Source of the DNA: Clostridia bacterium
Lineage (GTDB): Bacteria > Bacillota > Clostridia > Oscillospirales > Acutalibacteraceae
DNA length: 64,000 nucleotides
Reading direction: 5' to 3'
Assembly (NCBI GenBank): GCA_017396895.1
Contig: JAFQKN010000102.1
Span: forward strand, 3,472 to 67,471
The position numbers and the translations under genes are program-made. The number at the start of each line of letters is the position of its first letter. Position 1 is the stretch's first letter. The notes beneath the pieces were generated by a model. The model searched no databases. It was not told the origin of the DNA and saw nothing but the letters and a program-made list of their open reading frames with translations. This document shows positions 26,742 to 35,395 of the stretch, piece by piece.

Positions 26742-28921
26742 CAGTCCACTTCCTTTATGTATACGCGGACGACTTCGTGGTCGTTCAAGTGCATCTGCGA
26801 CAGATTCAGACCTGCTTTCATCAGTGTCTGACCGCAGTATTCTTCGTTGTCAAAGTCGCATTCGTACTTCTTTTCGGGATCCAGGCCCTTGAAGCGAAGA
26901 ATGCGGTTCTTCATGGCATCTCTGCGCATGACGATCACCGTCAGCAGTGCCTCTTTTTTGTCTTCGGAGACAAATTCCCATGCACAATCAAATCCGTCTT
27001 CTTCGGGGTTCTTGATGCGATACAGATCGCCCCAACGAATCAGGTCATAATATTTGTGGTATTCTTCAACCTGTCTCTTGACGCGGCAAGCATCTTCGGG
27101 GCTGAGTTTGGTCGGGTCCAATTCATAGCCGAATGTACCCCACAGTGCGACCGCACCTTTGGTGTCATAGCCGGTTCTTCTGCAAGCGGATACGTGCGCA
27201 CCCATGGTGGATGCGGGATAGCAAAGGGAAGTGCCGAACTGAATGGACAAGCGTTCGATGGGATCTGTGTTGTCGCTGGTCCAGATCTGCGGAGAATAGT
27301 AAAGCATACCGGGATCAAAGCGTCCGCCGCCGCCCGAGCAGTTTTCAAGCAACATATGCGGAAAATCTTTTGTGAGTCTGTCCATGATCTCGTAGGTGCC
27401 GAGTACAAAGCGATGGAAGAATTCTTTTTGTCTTTCTGCAGGCAGAATGGCACTGCCGGCTTCGGTGATGTTGCGGTTGAAATCCCATTTCAGGTAATCG
27501 ATCTTTGTGGAGGAAAGTACTTCGTACATCTGTGCATAAATGGCATCACGAACATCTTTTCTTGAGAAGTCGATGACATACTGCTGTCTGCCGACGGAAC
27601 GCTCTCTGCCTGCCACATGAATACACCAATCGGGATGTGCTCTGTAAAGGTCGGAATCGGGGGAGATCATTTCGGGTTCATACCAGATGCCGAATTTCAG
27701 CCCCAGTGCGTTGACGCGTTTGACAAGCGAATCCAATCCGCCTTTAAGCTTATCGGTGTTAACATACCAGTCACCAAGGGAAGAACGGTCGTCGTTTCGT
27801 TTGCCGAACCAACCGTCATCCATGACGAGCATTTCGATGCCGAGTTCTTTTGCTTTTTCGGCAAAGGCTACGAGTTTATCGTCGTCAAAACTGAAATAAG
27901 CTGCTTCCCAACTGTTGATAAGCAAGGGACGTTTCTTTTCTTTCCATTCTCCGCGGATGAGGTGTTTGTTATAAAGGCGGTGGAAGATACGGCTCATTTC
28001 ACCCAGACCGTTTTCGGAAAATACCATGACCGCTTCGGGGGTGGTGAATGTTTCGCCTGCTTCCAGATGCCATGAAAAAGAGGACGGATTGATACCCATA
28101 AGCACTCTCGTTCCGCAATTGGAGTCCACTTCCGCTTCGGCAAGGAAATTGCAGGAATATACAAGGTTGAAACCGTAGCAGTTGCCGAAGTCTTCCGTTG
28201 CTCCCTTTTCGCAAAGTGCCATAAAGGGGTTTTGCTGATGGCTGGATGAACCGCGCTTGCTTGCAATTCCCTGAATGCCGTGTGCAAGGGCTCTGCGTTC
28301 GGCTGTACGTTCTTTGTTGTGTCTGCCGTACAGGGTGATCATGTCGTAATTCATTTCGGGCAGATCCACGCAAAGGCTCATGGAGCGTTCCAATTCCATT
28401 GCATTGTCGGAGGTGTTTTCGATCACAGCCCAACGTGTCATGGCACCTAAATTTTCAAAAACGGTGTAATACAGTGTCACCTGTGCGCCGCTGACTTTGT
28501 CGAGTGTTTTGATGGCAAGTGTCTGTGCATCTGCGTCGTTTTCCGTATAAAGAGCAGGCAAACCGGGCAAAGAGGGTTTGCCGTTGATGATCTCATGAGA
28601 AATATAGCGGATATCCGTGGCGTTGCATCCCGTTTTGTCCTTGATCTGCAAAGCGGAAATGCGGAAGTCGCCGCAACCGTTACAACCGTATTCCATCGGC
28701 CATGTATCTGCGGAAAAATCACCAAACGGAATATTTTCGTTACCTGCGCTGAAAGACGCATAAGTGGAACGTGCGTGAAGCATATTCAAGTTGGTGTCGG
28801 GGATTTTTGCACCGTAATAAAGATGCAGAAGATAGTTCTGATCGAAAATTTCGATCAGATAACTGGATGTAGCCGTGTCGAGTTTGAAAATGTTGTTTTC
28901 TTTGTCGAAATAAATACCCAT
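26741..28921 (-). CDS. alpha-galactosidase (GH36)
   Basis: LINSWEAAYF, MDDGWFGKRNDDRSSLGDW, KFGIWYEPEMISPDSDLYRAHPDW, DYLKWDFNR, LLENCSGGGGRFD, QIWTSDNTD. Confidence 0.95.
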   Translation of the reverse strand: MGIYFDKENNIFKLDTATSSYLIEIFDQNYLLHLYYGAKIPDTNLNMLHARSTYASFSAGNENIPFGDFSADTWPMEYGCNGCGDFRISALQIKDKTGCNATDIRYISHEIINGKPSLPGLPALYTENDADAQTLAIKTLDKVSGAQVTLYYTVFENLGAMTRWAVIENTSDNAMELERSMSLCVDLPEMNYDMITLYGRHNKERTAERRALAHGIQGIASKRGSSSHQQNPFMALCEKGATEDFGNCYGFNLVYSCNFLAEAEVDSNCGTRVLMGINPSSFSWHLEAGETFTTPEAVMVFSENGLGEMSRIFHRLYNKHLIRGEWKEKKRPLLINSWEAAYFSFDDDKLVAFAEKAKELGIEMLVMDDGWFGKRNDDRSSLGDWYVNTDKLKGGLDSLVKRVNALGLKFGIWYEPEMISPDSDLYRAHPDWCIHVAGRERSVGRQQYVIDFSRKDVRDAIYAQMYEVLSSTKIDYLKWDFNRNITEAGSAILPAERQKEFFHRFVLGTYEIMDRLTKDFPHMLLENCSGGGGRFDPGMLYYSPQIWTSDNTDPIERLSIQFGTSLCYPASTMGAHVSACRRTGYDTKGAVALWGTFGYELDPTKLSPEDACRVKRQVEEYHKYYDLIRWGDLYRIKNPEEDGFDCAWEFVSEDKKEALLTVIVMRRDAMKNRILRFKGLDPEKKYECDFDNEEYCGQTLMKAGLNLSQMHLNDHEVVRVYIKEVD

Positions 28922-28932
28922 ATTTCTACCTC

Positions 28933-29454
28933 TTATTTAATTTTTATAATATAACCGTCTTTGCGCGGTTTTGTTTCGGGAATGCTTTCGGGGTAACCGA
29001 GAATACAGTGGCCAATGCCCTCATACTGCGGACCGACACCCCATTTGCGCATCAGTTCTTTGCCTTCTTCAGTCTCAAATTCTTCTTTTGCCCTGTGAAT
29101 CCAGCAGGAACCGAGACCGAGTGCATAAGCCGCATTGCACAGATTGCCGATCACAAGCGAACCGTCTTCACGGTAGGTGCGCACATTTTTGTCAGCAAAC
29201 ACAACAAGCACCGTAGGAGCCCCGTAAAACGGATCCGAATCGGGGTTTCCCATGATTTGCGCATTCATTCTGCGAAGTGTTGCAATGGTCTGATTATCTT
29301 GTACAGCTACGATCAGCGGTGACTGTCTGTTCATGCCCGTGGGTGCATAGGTGCCCGCTTCAAGAACTTGATCGAGCAGTGTTTCCTCGATCTGTTCAGG
29401 TTTGTACTGACGTACGCTGCGACGGGCTTTTAAATCCGAAAGAGTTTGATTCAT
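28933..29454 (-). CDS. nitroreductase-family protein
   Basis: RRSVRQYKPEQI, APTGMNRQSPLIVAV, LGLGSCWI. Confidence 0.85.
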   Translation of the reverse strand: MNQTLSDLKARRSVRQYKPEQIEETLLDQVLEAGTYAPTGMNRQSPLIVAVQDNQTIATLRRMNAQIMGNPDSDPFYGAPTVLVVFADKNVRTYREDGSLVIGNLCNAAYALGLGSCWIHRAKEEFETEEGKELMRKWGVGPQYEGIGHCILGYPESIPETKPRKDGYIIKIK

Positions 29455-29493
29455 TTGTTTACCTCCCGATTTAAATTAAATTTAACAAAATAC

Positions 29494-29522
29494 AGTATAA
29501 CAAGAATAAAGACAGATTGCAA
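29494..29522 (-). promoter_or_regulatory. sigma-A-type promoter for the nitroreductase / alpha-galactosidase / FAH operon
   Basis: On the minus strand: TTGCAA (29522-29517), a 17-nt spacer, then TATACT (29499-29494). Confidence 0.55.
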
Positions 29523-29551
29523 TTGATTTTTTACACAGAACATGATAATAT
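29523..29551 (+). promoter_or_regulatory. candidate promoter for the DUF5685-like / J-domain / zinc-ribbon operon
   Basis: TTGATT (29523-29528), a 17-nt spacer ending in TGA (extended -10), then TAATAT (29546-29551). Confidence 0.45.
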
Positions 29552-29581
29552 GTTTTCATTGTTTTGATCGGAGGAATTGTT

Positions 29582-30415
29582 TTGTTCGGGTTTGTTGTTG
29601 CCAATACGGAAAAACTTACGGAAGAACAGAAAAACCGTTACCGTGCATTGTATTGCGGGCTTTGCCGAAAACTCGGGGAGCGACACGGAAACAGTGCCCG
29701 TATGATGCTTACGTACGATCTGGTGTTTTTGATTCTTGTTCTTTCTTCGGTTTTTGAAGGTGAAGTTCTGCATTGTGCACAGGCGTCATGTATTGCACAT
29801 CCGCGCAAAAAACGGGCGTTTATAACCGATACGTTTACCGAGTATGCCGCCGACATGAATGTTGCCCTTGCATATTATAACTGCATGGATGACTGGAGCG
29901 ACGACAACAGCATGAAAGCCCGTTTGCAGGCACAGTTGTTAGGGAAAGGATTGCAGGAAACAGCAAGACTGTATCCCAGACAAACGAAGGCAATGAGCCG
30001 TTGTCTGCATGCGTTGGATGAAGTTGAAAAAAACAATGAAACGAACCCTGAGATCCCTGCAAACATTTTCGGTGAACTGATGGGGGAATTGTTCCGCTTT
30101 GATGATTCCGATGTGAGTGAGCAACTGTATGATTTCGGTTGCGCATTGGGAAGATTCGTGTATCTTATGGATGCATACGTGGATCTGAAAAATGATATCA
30201 GACACCAAAAGTACAATCCGCTTATTCGCTATAAACGGGAAGATATCCTGCCGATGTTGCATATTCAGATGGCGCAATGTGTGGACCTGTTCCGTCTGTT
30301 GCCGGTGCAAAAGGACAAGGATCTTTGTGAGAATATTCTGTATTCAGGTGTGTGGACAAAGGCAGAAATGATGAAACAACAGGAGGCGAAAAAACGCCAT
30401 GACCGATCCGTATAA
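29582..30415 (+). CDS. DUF5685-like protein (unknown function)
   Basis: GGAGGA lies upstream of TTG 29582. [36 protein letters not shown] matches my recollection of the DUF5685 N-terminus (MFGYV...YCGLC). Asp-rich segments: MDDWSDD and [11 protein letters not shown]. Confidence 0.65.
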   Translation: MFGFVVANTEKLTEEQKNRYRALYCGLCRKLGERHGNSARMMLTYDLVFLILVLSSVFEGEVLHCAQASCIAHPRKKRAFITDTFTEYAADMNVALAYYNCMDDWSDDNSMKARLQAQLLGKGLQETARLYPRQTKAMSRCLHALDEVEKNNETNPEIPANIFGELMGELFRFDDSDVSEQLYDFGCALGRFVYLMDAYVDLKNDIRHQKYNPLIRYKREDILPMLHIQMAQCVDLFRLLPVQKDKDLCENILYSGVWTKAEMMKQQEAKKRHDRSV

Positions 30416-31085
30416 AATACTCGGTGTGTCACCGGGTGCTTCGGAAGAAGAAGTAACAAAAGCTTATCGCAAACTGGCCAAAAAGTATCATCCCGATCTC
30501 AATCCCGATGATCCGACTGCCGCACAGAAGATGAGTGAGATCAATGCCGCCTACGATCAGATCAAAAATCCGACAGCGGCAGGAAATCAGCGCACCGCAG
30601 GCGGAACCTCTTACGGCAGGCGCAGTGCCTATGATCCCTTCGGCGGTTTTAATCCGTTCGGAGGTGGTTACGGTTCTTATTATGACCGTTCTTCTTCGGA
30701 TGCGTTTGCAAATGTGCGTATGCTCATCAATGCGCGCCGTTATGCCGAAGCGTTGCAGATCTTAAACGGCATCAGCCGGCGTAATGCACAGTGGTATTAT
30801 CTTGCCGCAGTTGCAAACTACGGAGCCGGAAACACAATTCTCGGACTGGATTATGCAAAACGAGCCGCTGAAATGGAGCCGGATAATCCCCGTTATGCAG
30901 ATTTGGTACAGCGTATGGAAAATGCAGGCACGTTTTACCGCCAAACGGGTGAAGTTCGCTACGGTATGCCGAAATTGCGCGTAAATAAACTGTGTCTGGG
31001 AATGATCTTAACCAATGTGCTTTGTAATATTTTGAGTTGTCTCGGCGGTGGCGGCGGAATGTACTGTCCGTTTTTCTGCTGTTGA
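30399..31085 (+). CDS. J-domain protein with a TPR-like region and a hydrophobic Cys-rich C-terminal tail
   Basis: [36 protein letters not shown] (HPD motif), a G/F-rich linker, and the tail [32 protein letters not shown]. It overlaps the upstream gene by 17 nt. Confidence 0.85.
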   Translation: MTDPYKILGVSPGASEEEVTKAYRKLAKKYHPDLNPDDPTAAQKMSEINAAYDQIKNPTAAGNQRTAGGTSYGRRSAYDPFGGFNPFGGGYGSYYDRSSSDAFANVRMLINARRYAEALQILNGISRRNAQWYYLAAVANYGAGNTILGLDYAKRAAEMEPDNPRYADLVQRMENAGTFYRQTGEVRYGMPKLRVNKLCLGMILTNVLCNILSCLGGGGGMYCPFFCC

Positions 31086-31118
31086 TCTTATTGTTTTATC
31101 GGAGGTTTTCATTTTATT

Positions 31119-31619
31119 ATGAATTTTTTGTATCGTTTGCAGGAGTCTTATAACCGTTTTATGTACGGTCGCTACGGAGGGGACACACTGAATCATTTCC
31201 TTTCGGGCGTATATATTGTATTGGTTTTGATCGGTTTTGTTTTGCGGATTTTGGTTGCAATTACGCATTCCATGGTTTTGTATAATATCCGCTATGCTTT
31301 GTACATTATTTCTTTGCTCATTTTTGCAGTCACGGTGTTCCGTTCGCTTTCCAAAAACCTTGCCCGCCGTGCAAGGGAAAACGAAGTGTTCATGCGCTGG
31401 TGGGGAAACTGGCAACCGTATTTTCATAAACAGGCTGAAAAAGCAAAGCCGAAAATGAGAATGATGGTGCGGAAAATGCAGGACAGTGACCATGTCTATA
31501 AAAAATGTCCCGATTGTAAAGCCGTTCTGCGTCTTGCAAAAAAACGAGGTAAACATCAAACGCGGTGTCCTGCCTGCGGCAAGCGTTTTCAAGTGCACAT
31601 CTGGTTCGGAGATAAATAA
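31119..31619 (+). CDS. membrane protein with a C-terminal zinc ribbon (unknown function)
   Basis: Two hydrophobic helices (VYIVLVLIGFVLRILVAI, ALYIISLLIFAVTVF), then CPDCKAVLRLAKKRGKHQTRCPACGKRF. Confidence 0.6.
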   Translation: MNFLYRLQESYNRFMYGRYGGDTLNHFLSGVYIVLVLIGFVLRILVAITHSMVLYNIRYALYIISLLIFAVTVFRSLSKNLARRARENEVFMRWWGNWQPYFHKQAEKAKPKMRMMVRKMQDSDHVYKKCPDCKAVLRLAKKRGKHQTRCPACGKRFQVHIWFGDK

Positions 31620-31626
31620 GTTTTTC

Positions 31627-31672
31627 GCCCCTCGGAATATGCAGTTTTATTCCGTCGGGCTTTTTGTTTTTT
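31627..31672 (+). terminator. rho-independent terminator
   Basis: GCCC(CT)CGGAAT (31627-31638) pairs with ATTCCG(TC)GGGC (31649-31660), followed by TTTTTGTTTTTT. Confidence 0.75.
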
Positions 31673-31760
31673 AATAAAAAGTAAAATTATTACAAATTTG
31701 CTCGACAAAAGAAGAAAACAGTGATATAATCATTTATTATCTATATTGGAGGAAACAGTT

Positions 31761-33203
31761 ATGGAAATATTGGATATTGCAACAAAGGCACTCGGCGGAA
31801 TTATTCACCTGAGCACAAAGCGTCTGGCCGCAAAAGAAAAGGCTATGCCTTTGCCCGAGGTTCAACCGACCGTTATGAAAAATGAAGCAGACAACACATT
31901 TATCTGCGGATTTTCGTCTGCAGAAGTTATGCCTGCCGATGTTTCTGCAAAGAGATATTACATTGCAGGCTACAGAATCAATCATCCCGTAACGGGCGTC
32001 AAGGATCCCACCACCGTCAGTGCGATGTGGCTGGGTTGTAAAGAAGGAGAGGGCATTCTGCTCCTTTGTGCGGATATCGTCGGGCTTACAGGGTATGATG
32101 TCGATGAGGTGCGTGCATCTTTGGCTGAATTCTGCAAAGAAAAGGGCTGCAAGAACATCAGCATTTCCTGCTCACACACCCATGCCGGCATTGATACGGT
32201 CGGGTATTGGGGTTCTTTGCCGAAGACAGGAAAGGATAAATCGTATCAGAAACAGCTTTTTGCCGCACTCAAAAAAGTGGCGATCGAAGCATGGCATAAC
32301 CGTAAAGTCGGCAATCTTTACATGGGCGATATCAGCGTTCCCGAAGCGATCGAAGATCACAGAGAACCCATTTTCTGCAACGACAAACTGACAAGACTTC
32401 GTTTTGTTCCCGCTGACGGCAGTACCGAAACATGGTTTTTGAACTACAGCGCGCATCCCAACACCATGGGCGGCGACAATACGCTCATCAGCGCCGATTA
32501 TCCCTGCTATATGCGTCGCAGAATCAATGAAACCAAAAAGGTAAACGTCCTGTTTGCCGTCGGCGCCATTGCTGCGGTTGATATTGCACCCTCCGTTGCC
32601 GAAGACCGCACCGAACGCACTATACGCGGAGGACAGATTCTCGGTGATGCCGCATGGAAGATCGACAATGACGAACAACTCAATTCCGAAATCACGGTTC
32701 TTTGTCAGTCTTATTATGCTCCCGTTGATAACAGTATTCTTGCTCTGATGCCCACCATGGGTGCCGTTACGTGTAAAAAAGCTCCCTGCACACAGGGTGT
32801 ACTTGGTATGGCGCTGATCACCGAAATGACCTATCTGAAAATCGGTTCCCGTCAGATCCTCATGATCCCCGGTGAAGCATTCCCCGAGAATATTTACGGC
32901 GGTTATGCAGATGCCGAACATTCTGCAACGGGGCTTTCGGCTGAGATCAACAGCACACCGCTTGCGGAGATCGCTGAAGACGAAAACCTGATTGTGTTCG
33001 GCGTTACCAACGATATGACGGGCTATATGGTTCCCAAAAATGACTTTGTGCTGCATCCCACGCAGGCTTATGTCAATACTTGGCATGACCGTTTTGACCG
33101 TCATCATTATCATGAAACCAACTCCCTCGGCTATTTGACGACCGAAGTCATGGAAAAGGTGTTCCGCGGTATGATGGAACGTGTGCGTAATGCGCAGAAA
33201 TAA
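31761..33203 (+). CDS. neutral/alkaline ceramidase-like hydrolase-superfamily protein (weak call)
   Basis: ...ILLLCADIVGL...ISISCSHTHAGIDTVGYWG... resembles the CTHTHSGP-type motif of the neutral ceramidase N-domain. GGAGGA lies upstream of ATG 31761. The function is uncertain. Confidence 0.4.
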   Translation: MEILDIATKALGGIIHLSTKRLAAKEKAMPLPEVQPTVMKNEADNTFICGFSSAEVMPADVSAKRYYIAGYRINHPVTGVKDPTTVSAMWLGCKEGEGILLLCADIVGLTGYDVDEVRASLAEFCKEKGCKNISISCSHTHAGIDTVGYWGSLPKTGKDKSYQKQLFAALKKVAIEAWHNRKVGNLYMGDISVPEAIEDHREPIFCNDKLTRLRFVPADGSTETWFLNYSAHPNTMGGDNTLISADYPCYMRRRINETKKVNVLFAVGAIAAVDIAPSVAEDRTERTIRGGQILGDAAWKIDNDEQLNSEITVLCQSYYAPVDNSILALMPTMGAVTCKKAPCTQGVLGMALITEMTYLKIGSRQILMIPGEAFPENIYGGYADAEHSATGLSAEINSTPLAEIAEDENLIVFGVTNDMTGYMVPKNDFVLHPTQAYVNTWHDRFDRHHYHETNSLGYLTTEVMEKVFRGMMERVRNAQK

Positions 33204-33221
33204 GCGGAGGACATAAAATAT

Positions 33222-34721
33222 ATGGATATTTACATCAAAAAACTGGTTGAATATGCCATTGAAAAAGAATTTATCAGTGTTCAGGATAAGTATTGGGCAA
33301 TCAATTCTCTTCTTTGGGTGCTCGGTCTTGAAAGTTATGATGACACCGCAGAAGGGGATGCTCCCGAAAAAATCGAGGAGATCCTTGATGTTTTGACCAA
33401 AGATGCCGTGTCGCGCGGTGTTATTGAAGACGGTATTGCTACTTATGATCTGTTTACCGCCAAACTGATGGGCATGATTACCCCCAGACCTTCGGAAGTG
33501 ATCGCAAAATTCCAAAGCCTGTATGCGCAGGATCCTGTTAAGGCTACGGATTGGTATTACCGTTTCAGCGGGGACACAAACTACATCAACCGCAGCCGTA
33601 TTGCCAAGGACGTCAAGTGGACGGCAGACAGTGCATACGGTGAACTGGATATCACCATCAATCTTTCCAAACCCGAAAAAGATCCCAAAGCCATTGCAGC
33701 GGCAAAAAATAAGCCGCAAAGCGGTTATCCCAAATGTATGCTTTGCCGTGAATGCGAAGGTTTTGCAGGCAATCTCAACTTCCCCGGCAGAGAGAATCAC
33801 CGCATTATTCCGTTGAAGATCGGCGGCGTCGATTGGTTCATGCAGTATTCTCCCTATGTTTATTACAATGAACACTGCATTGCTTTGAATGCAAAACATG
33901 AACCGATGATCATCGACCGCGGTGCATTTGAAAAACTGCTTGATTTTGTCACGCTGTTCCCGCATTATTTTATCGGTTCGAATGCCGATCTTCCCATTGT
34001 CGGCGGTTCCATTCTTGCGCATGAACATTTCCAGGGCGGACATTATGAATTTGCCATGGCAAAAGCACCCGTGGAAACGAAACTGCATTTTGTCGGTTTT
34101 GAAAATGTGGAAGCCGGTATCGTTCGTTGGCCGATGTCCGTGATCCGTCTGCAGGCAACCGACAGATCGGCTCTCGTTGCACTTGCCGATAAGATTCTCA
34201 AAGCATGGCGTAATTACACCGATGAACAGTCGTTTATTTTTGCGTATACGGCGGACGGTGTTGCCCACAGCACCATCACCCCCATTGCAAGAATGAGAGA
34301 CGGTAAATATGAACTTGATCTTGTTCTTCGCAACAATATCACGACCGAAGAACATCCTCTCGGTGTTTATCATCCCCATGCGGAACTGCATCACATCAAG
34401 AAAGAAAATATCGGTCTTATTGAAGTGATGGGCCTTGCCGTTCTGCCGGCAAGACTCAAGGAAGAACTGGCGGTTTTGGCCGAAAAAATGGTAAAAGGTG
34501 AAGATCTCCTTGCTGATGAACGCACCGCAAAACACGCAGATTGGGCCAATGAGATCGTTGCAAAATACGGCAAACTGACCGCCGAAAACGCGGATGCGAT
34601 TCTCAAAAAAGAAGTCGGTATCGTGTTTGCCAAGGTGCTTGAGCACGCAGGTGTGTATGCCCGCAACGAGGATGGTAAGAATGCATTCCTCCGTTTTGTT
34701 GACGCTGTAAACAATCAATAA
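33222..34721 (+). CDS. galT: UDP-glucose--hexose-1-phosphate uridylyltransferase (type 2 GalT)
   Basis: About 500-aa Firmicute-type GalT: YPKCMLCRECEGF, NHRIIPL, WFMQYSPYVYYNEHCI, IGSNADLPIVGGSILAHEHFQGG, VLRNN. Confidence 0.92.
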   Translation: MDIYIKKLVEYAIEKEFISVQDKYWAINSLLWVLGLESYDDTAEGDAPEKIEEILDVLTKDAVSRGVIEDGIATYDLFTAKLMGMITPRPSEVIAKFQSLYAQDPVKATDWYYRFSGDTNYINRSRIAKDVKWTADSAYGELDITINLSKPEKDPKAIAAAKNKPQSGYPKCMLCRECEGFAGNLNFPGRENHRIIPLKIGGVDWFMQYSPYVYYNEHCIALNAKHEPMIIDRGAFEKLLDFVTLFPHYFIGSNADLPIVGGSILAHEHFQGGHYEFAMAKAPVETKLHFVGFENVEAGIVRWPMSVIRLQATDRSALVALADKILKAWRNYTDEQSFIFAYTADGVAHSTITPIARMRDGKYELDLVLRNNITTEEHPLGVYHPHAELHHIKKENIGLIEVMGLAVLPARLKEELAVLAEKMVKGEDLLADERTAKHADWANEIVAKYGKLTAENADAILKKEVGIVFAKVLEHAGVYARNEDGKNAFLRFVDAVNNQ

Positions 34722-34728
34722 AATACTG

Positions 34729-34757
34729 TTGACATTTTTGTTCGGTTTTGGTATATT
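34729..34757 (+). promoter_or_regulatory. sigma-A-type promoter
   Basis: TTGACA (34729-34734), a 17-nt spacer, then TATATT (34752-34757). GGAGG lies 7 nt before ATG 34791. Confidence 0.6.
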
Positions 34758-34790
34758 TTAATTAGGAATATCAATATTGGAGGCATTGCT

Positions 34791-35252
34791 ATGAAAATGT
34801 CAAAACGAATCGTATCTGTTTTGCTTGCACTGATGCTGTTTTCTTCCTGTGCAGTGATCGGTCTGGCAGATTGTGCGCACAAATATGATGCAACCTATTA
34901 TCCGCCTACTTGCAATGACCGCGGTTATACCGAATATGTCTGCTCGGTTTGCGGTGACCGTATTCAGGAAGGATTTGTGGATGCAATCGGTCATATTTAC
35001 GGTGAATGGCAAGTGCTGACGGAAGCAACCTGCACGTCCACCGGTTTGGAAAAGAGAATCTGCCGTGTTTGCGGCGGTGTCGAAACCAAAACTACGCCGA
35101 TCCTTGCTCATACGGATGCTGACAAAGACGGAAAATGCGATTACTGTGATTACATTTTTGAAGCAGAGGATGACGGAAAACTGAGTCCGTATGAATGGTT
35201 CAAAATGTTTTTCCGCAACATTATTGCATGGTTCCGTGCAATTTTTGCGTAA
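34791..35252 (+). CDS. small secreted Cys-rich repeat protein with a C-terminal amphipathic tail
   Basis: Signal peptide (VSVLLALMLFSSCAVIGLA). Two H-x-Y/W...TC...G...C-x-x-CG...H repeats, then HTDADKDGKCDYCDY and the tail EWFKMFFRNIIAWFRAIFA. Confidence 0.65.
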   Translation: MKMSKRIVSVLLALMLFSSCAVIGLADCAHKYDATYYPPTCNDRGYTEYVCSVCGDRIQEGFVDAIGHIYGEWQVLTEATCTSTGLEKRICRVCGGVETKTTPILAHTDADKDGKCDYCDYIFEAEDDGKLSPYEWFKMFFRNIIAWFRAIFA

Positions 35253-35294
35253 GAGTTTTTACAGTCGAATGTAAAGACAGGTGAACAAAAAGAA

Positions 35295-35346
35295 AAATAG
35301 GTTTTTTATGTTCTTTTGCAGAACCGTAAAACACCTATTTTTTTTA
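35295..35346 (+). terminator. probable rho-independent terminator (long imperfect hairpin plus T-run)
   Basis: AAATAGGTTTTTT...AAAACACCTATTT followed by TTTTT. Confidence 0.55.
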
Positions 35347-35395
35347 TGTCGATAATAATTATGAAATTAGAGAAGAAAGGCGGTGTACGGACGAA

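Noticed and set aside
32172-34718. An 848-aa minus-strand ORF spanning the antisense of two plus-strand genes (the ceramidase-like gene and galT).
   Set aside because: Its product is low-complexity (rich in F/C/H/I/G/N/R), with no recognisable motif, no RBS and no promoter. The sense-strand genes have unambiguous enzyme motifs. It crosses an intergenic gap between two real genes. This is a typical shadow ORF caused by stop-codon depletion opposite strongly biased coding frames.
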